Shown in pieces: positions 57,909-64,000 of a DNA stretch of 64,000 nucleotides. The position numbers were made by a program, and so were the translations under genes. Each line of letters begins with the position of its first letter. The first letter of the stretch is position 1. The notes under the pieces are model-generated. The model was given only the letters and a program-made list of their open reading frames with translations. It did not search any database and had not been told where the DNA came from. Origin of the DNA: Octopus sinensis (lineage: Eukaryota); contig NC_042999.1 of NCBI RefSeq assembly GCF_006345805.1, forward strand, positions 125,860,001 to 125,924,000, read 5' to 3'.

Positions 57909-58554
57909 AGTTGTGTGTGTGTGTAGATAGTTATATTTGCCTGTATATATATGTTTGTATATGTTTTTAGTGTGTGGAAGTCTAATGATCTATGTATGCT
58001 TTGTATGTAAGTGAATAACGTGTGTCTATATTTTTATGCTTTTAGATTTCTATAAGCGAATATTTTATTAAAAACAAACTTAATTTTATATAAATTAATT
58101 AAACTTTATATTGTATTAATTAAACTTATCAATTAACTCATTTATTTTGATTTAAGGCTTTCTTCGATTTTACACAATACGATATTCAAGCCTTTTAATT
58201 TTTAATGTTTTTATTTATATCACTGTTTCTTTTAAAAAACCGTTTGTTGAAACGACCAACCAAATAATCCACTTTCAAACGTGTATCGGTCAATGTAAAT
58301 TGTATAAAATGTTTATACGTATAACCTCAATTCTTCTGTTCTCAATCACAACTGTCCGACGAACAGGAACGGGAAACTCTGAGAAGAATTTTTTGAGATA
58401 TTTTCTGATGTTTTTGCAGCTTTAATAATAAAGTATATATTTTTGGTATTTTTTTGGTATTTTGTCCTGTACTTAATGTGCATTTTTTATTTATTTATAA
58501 TTGAACGCTACGCATCCTTGTCCAGAGTAAGTTCTTTTATATATATATATATTT

Positions 58555-58715
58555 TTTTCTCTCCTTGTTTCTCTCCTTGTTTTTTCTGTGTCCCTTTCTG
58601 TAGAAGAGCGTAGGCTCGAAACGTAAAAGACTTTTTCTATTCCTGAGCGTTATACTAATACATCTGTTTGCTTTGTACACCACCTGTCTTCGTCTTTTGT
58701 TTTTTCGTAAACTCT

Positions 58716-58720
<5 letters not shown>
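58555..58720 (+). mobile_element. Family H2 repeat with hammerhead-like motif at 58594-58629
   Basis: cttt CTGTAGA A GAGC-GTAG-GCTC GAA ACGT A aaag. Confidence 0.7.
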
Positions 58721-58790
<70 letters not shown>

Positions 58791-58814
58791 TATATATATA
58801 TTTCTTTCTTTCTT

Positions 58815-59205
58815 TCTTTTACTTGTTTCAGTCATTTGACTGCGGCCATGCTGGTGCACCGCCTTAAGTCGAGCAAATCGACCCCGGCACTTATTCTTTG
58901 TAAGCCCAGTACTTATTCTATCGGTCTCTTTTGCCGAACCGCTAAGTGACGGGGACGTAAACACACCGGCATCGGTTGTCAAGCAATGCTAAGGGGACAA
59001 ACACAGACATAGAAACACACACACACATATATATACATATATACGACAGACTTCTTTCAGTTTCCGTCTACCAAATCCACTCACAAGGCATTGGTCGGCC
59101 CGGGGCTATAGCAGAAGACACTTGCCCAAGATGCCACGCAGTGGGACTGAACCCGGAACCATGTGGTTAGTTAGCAAGCTACTTACCACACAGCCACTCC
59201 TGCGC
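58815..59205 (-). mobile_element. SINE family B, full length
   Basis: Reverse complement of 19727-20120. Confidence 0.9.
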
Positions 59206-59426
59206 CACTCCTTCTAATATATATATATTAGAAGAAATAAGGTATTCAGAAATCTGTATGGTAGAAATCTTTAAATATAAAACCATCCAGATTTCTGAGT
59301 ACCTTATTTCATCTAATAAATAATACCTGTACATCACCTCCAAACCTTCTAATATATATATATATATATATATATACATGCATAAACGTATATACACACA
59401 CAGGCACACAAGTACACACAAACACA

Positions 59427-59489
<63 letters not shown>

Positions 59490-60976
59490 CACACACACAT
59501 TGTTTCAATGAAACTTCAAAGATAAATTATTAAAGAAAATACACAAAAGCAGAAATCTGAATATGCTTTTGCTATTGGCATGAAAGAACGAGAGAGAGAG
59601 GATTTATATTCATGAAGGTAACTAACCAACCAGAACATATGCAAAAGCTTAAAATAACAGTCTCACCCTTCGCCCTCACCCCCCAAAAAACTCAAACAAA
59701 GTAAAACAAAACAACAACGCCCCCCCCATCCCAATCAAAAACAAGCGAAAAAATTTTAATACATAAACACCCAAAAAATTAAACCAAAAATCTATGAGGA
59801 CATTTACTGTCTAAAATCATCAAATTTGATTGTCTTGCACTCCAAACAACCTAATGTGTCTTCTGTTACACTGCAGTCAAACAAATAAACAAACAAATAA
59901 ACAAATAAATAGATAAATAAATAAATATATGAAGAAAGAAAACCAATTTCTAGCCGCGGTTGGTTTCTGACTTGTTTTTCTTTCCGTTATTATGTTTGTC
60001 TTCTGCACTAGTCTTAGGAAACTCAATACATACGAATTGGTTGGAGTGAAGGTTGTTTTTTGTTTCGTTTTGTTTTGTTGTTTTCTCCCTGCCACCCCCC
60101 ACCTCTCTCTCCTAAGTGGCTAATGAAGTTTAATTGTCCAGCTAAGAATGGTATTTAAAACGAGTGTTATTGTTTTGTTCATTGTTATTATTTGTTATTT
60201 GTGTGGTGGTGGTGGTGGTGGTGGTGGTGGAGTTGGTGGAAACGGGAACGGTGGTGATAATGGCATTGCTGCTGCTGCTGCTACTGCTGCTGCTACTGCT
60301 GTTGTTGTTGCTGTTGCTGTCGTCGACGATGTTGTTGTTGGTGGTGGTGATGTCTCGGTGGCGGCAATTTTTTGGAGGTAGGTGGTGGGGATGGTGGTAG
60401 TGGTGATGTTGATGGTGGTGGCGGGGAAGATGGTGGGCATGAAAAATTGATGACGCGTTGTTAAATACATTCGAGCAATTAGTTTTCTTGCTCTTTCGTT
60501 TTCTACTCCGCCTCCCCGCTCCTCTCCCGCTCTCCTTCCTTTCCTTTCCCCTTCTCTTCCTGCCCCTCACCTCGCCATCTTTCTACTACAGAACCGCATA
60601 CGTGAACGATGTAGACAACTGTAGAAGTAAAAGAATGGAAATTATAAACCAAATAGACATTTGATATTTTATTACGAACCGACTCCCAACAGGATAAGCA
60701 ATAAATGAATGGTAAATGATTTAATAAATAAACAGTATAAGAGAACCACTCTCTCTCTTTCTCTCTCTCTCACTCTCTCTCTCTCTCTTACACACATATA
60801 TTCACAGACACTCACATACATATATACATACACATGCACACATATCTATCTATCTATCTATCTATCTATGCAGACACAAACATATAGGCACACACACACA
60901 CACACACAGACGCACATATATATGCACATACACACACATATTCTCATACACACACGCACACATATACATTTACATA

Positions 60977-61240
60977 TAGGAGTGGCTGTGTGGTAAGGAG
61001 CTTGCTTTCCAACTACATGGTCCCGGATTCAGTCCTACTCCATGGCACCTTGAGTAAGTATCTTCTACAATAGCCGCGGGCTGACCAAAGCTTTGTGAGT
61101 GGATTTGATAGAAGGAAACATGTGTGTGTGTGTGTGTGTTTGTCCCCCCCCCTATTACGTTTGTCAACCGGTGTTGGTGTGTTTACGTCTCCGTAACATA
61201 GCAATTCAGCAAAATAGACCGATAGCATAGATACCAGATA
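60977..61240 (+). mobile_element. SINE family B
   Basis: GGAGTGGCTGTGTGGTAAG start. Confidence 0.8.
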
Positions 61241-61517
61241 CATGATGATAATGATGATGACGATGATGATGATGATGATGATGCCAACAATAAAATAAGA
61301 AAGTTTTTTTGAATTTTGTGTGCAATGTGTGCGTATTTGTTGGAATATGTTTGTTTGTGCATATATATTTATATGTATATAATCATATACATCCATTGTC
61401 CCATTCACATACATATACTAATGTTCACACACACATATGCTCGAATACACACATATGCACACACACACAGACACACACACATACACACACCCATACACAC
61501 ACACACACACACACGCG

Positions 61518-61583
<66 letters not shown>

Positions 61584-62363
61584 GAAAACATGAAATCAAC
61601 ACTGGCTATTTTGACATGGCTGTCAAAATAACTATGTCAAATGAAAAAAGCATCCCTGTTTGACGGTCAGATTTTGTGATTAAGCGGATAACATGCTTTG
61701 CGCTTGAACTATCAGTTTAGAGAGAGCAGACGCGGCGGAAGAGATTGTCGGCCATGCTGTTTGCAAACTCATTCCCGTCATGTCGACTTCATAATCTTAT
61801 TCTCGTCTCCACCACAACGGATGAGGGTGAATTTACACAGCCGACGAAACATCGCAATGACAGTGATAATTAGCAAGGTCTCGTTTGCTCTTATTTTACA
61901 AAATTTCGTATCTTTATCCACTTTTCTCTTTCACTCACCCCTCTGTTTGTTTGTCTGCATGTCTGTATGTCTGCATCCTTCCCCCTCGCTTCCCTCCTTC
62001 TTTCCCCTCTCTCCACCGTCTCTCATTCTCTCTCTCTCTCTTTTACATCTATGTACGAAAATATGAACTACATTCATTTTCAGCAACTCTCTCTCTCTCA
62101 CACACACATACACACACACGCACACACATACGTCTGCACGCGCACACACGCGCACACATGCACACATACATATATGCATGCATAAATACATACATACAAA
62201 TATACATACACACAAGTACATATACACAAATATCCTCTAGAGCAGTGGCTCTTCATATCGACCCACAGGGTCTATATAAGATTTTTTAGGTTCATGCAAG
62301 GAAAATAGTAAACAGGGGATCCACTGTAGTATTTTAAGGGTCCACAAAAAGAAGTTTGCTATA

Positions 62364-63168
62364 CAGTGTTCCCTCGTTTGTCGCGGTAGATTGGTTCCGA
62401 GACCGGCCGCGATAACTGAATTTCCGCAAAGTAGAGACACCATATTTGCAGTATTTATTTAACGTATATTTGGACTTTTAAAACACTCCCTGTACTGTCA
62501 ACAACCCACCCATTACAGTAGCCTATTAATAACAAGGACAACTGTTAAGCAATAGCACTTTAGATTTAAAAAAATAAAAATTCTTACTGTACTCAACACG
62601 AAAGAAGTAAAATTTGAATGATGATGGTGATGAATTTGCTGCGCAGTAGAAATGATGATGATGACACTGAGAACGGTGCCCTTTCCTGGGACACCTCTTC
62701 CACTTCTTCTGAAGGTGCAACCGTAGTAGTAACAGCAGGAACTGGCTCTTTTTTTGCGAGGCTGCAAAAACATTGTGATAGGAAGTTGCTGCCGCTGCTT
62801 CTTTTTCCGTTCAAAGAGCATCTTGTAGGGATTCATGACTTCGTCGATCTTGTTGCAAAATTGCACAGAACGAACCATATCGTCGTCCCATTCCTGTGAC
62901 CCCTCTTTCAATTCTTTAGACAGGTTGCAGAGCTTGGCCAGCTGTTCCAAAATCAAGCCAGTTTGGTCGACAACTTCTTTCGTTCCTTGCTGCGTTTCTT
63001 CTTCGCTGGCCGATTTCGTCAAGTCTTCGAGGTCTGCGTCGGTTAGCAGCTGGGAGTGGCAGTCTAGTAACGCGTCGATGTCTCTAGGTGTTCTTATATA
63101 TATATTTTTTAAATCCGCGAAGTCGTGAATCCGCGATAGTTGAACCGCGAAGTAGCGAGGGATCACTG
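62364..63168 (-). mobile_element. pogo/Tigger-like non-autonomous element
   Basis: TIRs cagtg.tccctcg with TA TSDs; acidic transposase C-terminus DIDALLDCHSQLLTDADLEDL..YKMLFERKKKQRQQLPITMF. Confidence 0.88.
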
Positions 63169-63424
63169 TAAATCTATTTATTGCAAGAATCAGCTAGGTT
63201 TCTTCCTCTAAGGTTTTATGTAGCTTAATATGTTTCCAGCAGCTGAAATATGTTCTGTCAGAAAGTACTTTTGCAAATCGATACAATATATATATTATAT
63301 ACATACATATATACAAGCATATGCATATACATACATATATACATAAATGCATGCATATATATGTGAGTGTATATATATAAGTAAATAAATGGAGTTGAAC
63401 GCAGATGCTATTCAAATTCTTTTA

Positions 63425-63507
63425 CTTTCGACATATGTTTCAAAGACAACATTGGTTTTATTCCAAAGGAATAAACGGTGTAAAATGCAATCTTCTCATC
63501 AGGAAAG
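63425..63507 (-). ncRNA. Type I hammerhead ribozyme, family H1 (best copy)
   Basis: Minus strand: cuuuc CUGAUGA GAAGA..UCUUU GAAA CAUAUG UC gaaag. Canonical core, 5-bp stem I, stem II closed by G-U, palindromic stem III, GUC site. Confidence 0.8.
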
Positions 63508-63598
63508 AAAGAGAACAAATCTCAACAACAAGACATTTTATCATTTATGCAGTCATCAAAATTGTTATAATGTCTTGTTGTTGAGATAGGTTCTCTTT

Positions 63599-63681
63599 CT
63601 TTCCTTATGAGAAGATTGCATTTTACACCGGTTATTCCTTTGGAATAAAACCAATGTTGTCTTCGAAACAGATGTCGAAAG
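63599..63681 (+). ncRNA. Type I hammerhead motif, family H1 (G5U mutant copy)
   Basis: cuuuc CUUAUGA GAAGA..UCUUC GAAA CAGAUG UC gaaag. Confidence 0.6.
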
Positions 63682-64000
63682 TAAAAGAATTTGAATAGCA
63701 TCTGCGTTCAACTCCATTTATTATTTTTTTTGATTGATTGATTGATTCTAGTTTCAGCTTATGAGCTGTGGCCATGCTGGGGCACCGCCATTTGGTGTTG
63801 CTACTTGGTTTCACTTCACGAAAGCTTTCTAGCAACTGCCATTTGGTGCATGAGAGAGTTCGATGCAGCTGCCCTCATCTGCCCCTCCTGCCGTGAAGTT
63901 GGTTCATCTGGGACACCTGACAGGAAGAGATCCAGCTTCATTTTAAAGACATCTGCATCCACCCCATGCAGGTCTCTCAGGTTCTTCGGGAGGATATTGA

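Noticed and set aside
60142-60570. Poly-Gly/Ala/His/Ser ORFs resembling a transcription-factor low-complexity exon
   Set aside because: Trinucleotide repeats are open in most frames on both strands, with no domain or convincing splice sites.

Overview
This is AT-rich, microsatellite-saturated animal genomic DNA. The SINE families and repeat landscape suggest an octopus-like cephalopod (inference, not a database result). I found no intact host protein-coding gene, tRNA, rRNA or CRISPR array, and most track ORFs are translations of simple repeats. The window is a dense collection of decayed transposons: three tRNA-derived SINE families, Penelope-like (RT+GIY-YIG) fragments, RTE, L1/Tx1 and CRE-like LINE fragments, Tc1/mariner and pogo/Tigger elements, hAT (Buster-like) remnants and Helitrons. 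Two signals stand out. (1) Several unrelated short repeat families carry minimal type I hammerhead ribozyme motifs with palindromic stem III, one with an apparently fixed A6U core change. They often sit in long inverted repeats, suggesting Penelope-driven formation of foldback hairpins. (2) One SINE subfamily joins its 3' tail to the same internal site (AAAGAAATA|GGTATTTCG) of older copies of its own family at four independent loci. Repeat boundaries were read by eye and are approximate unless TIRs or TSDs are quoted.
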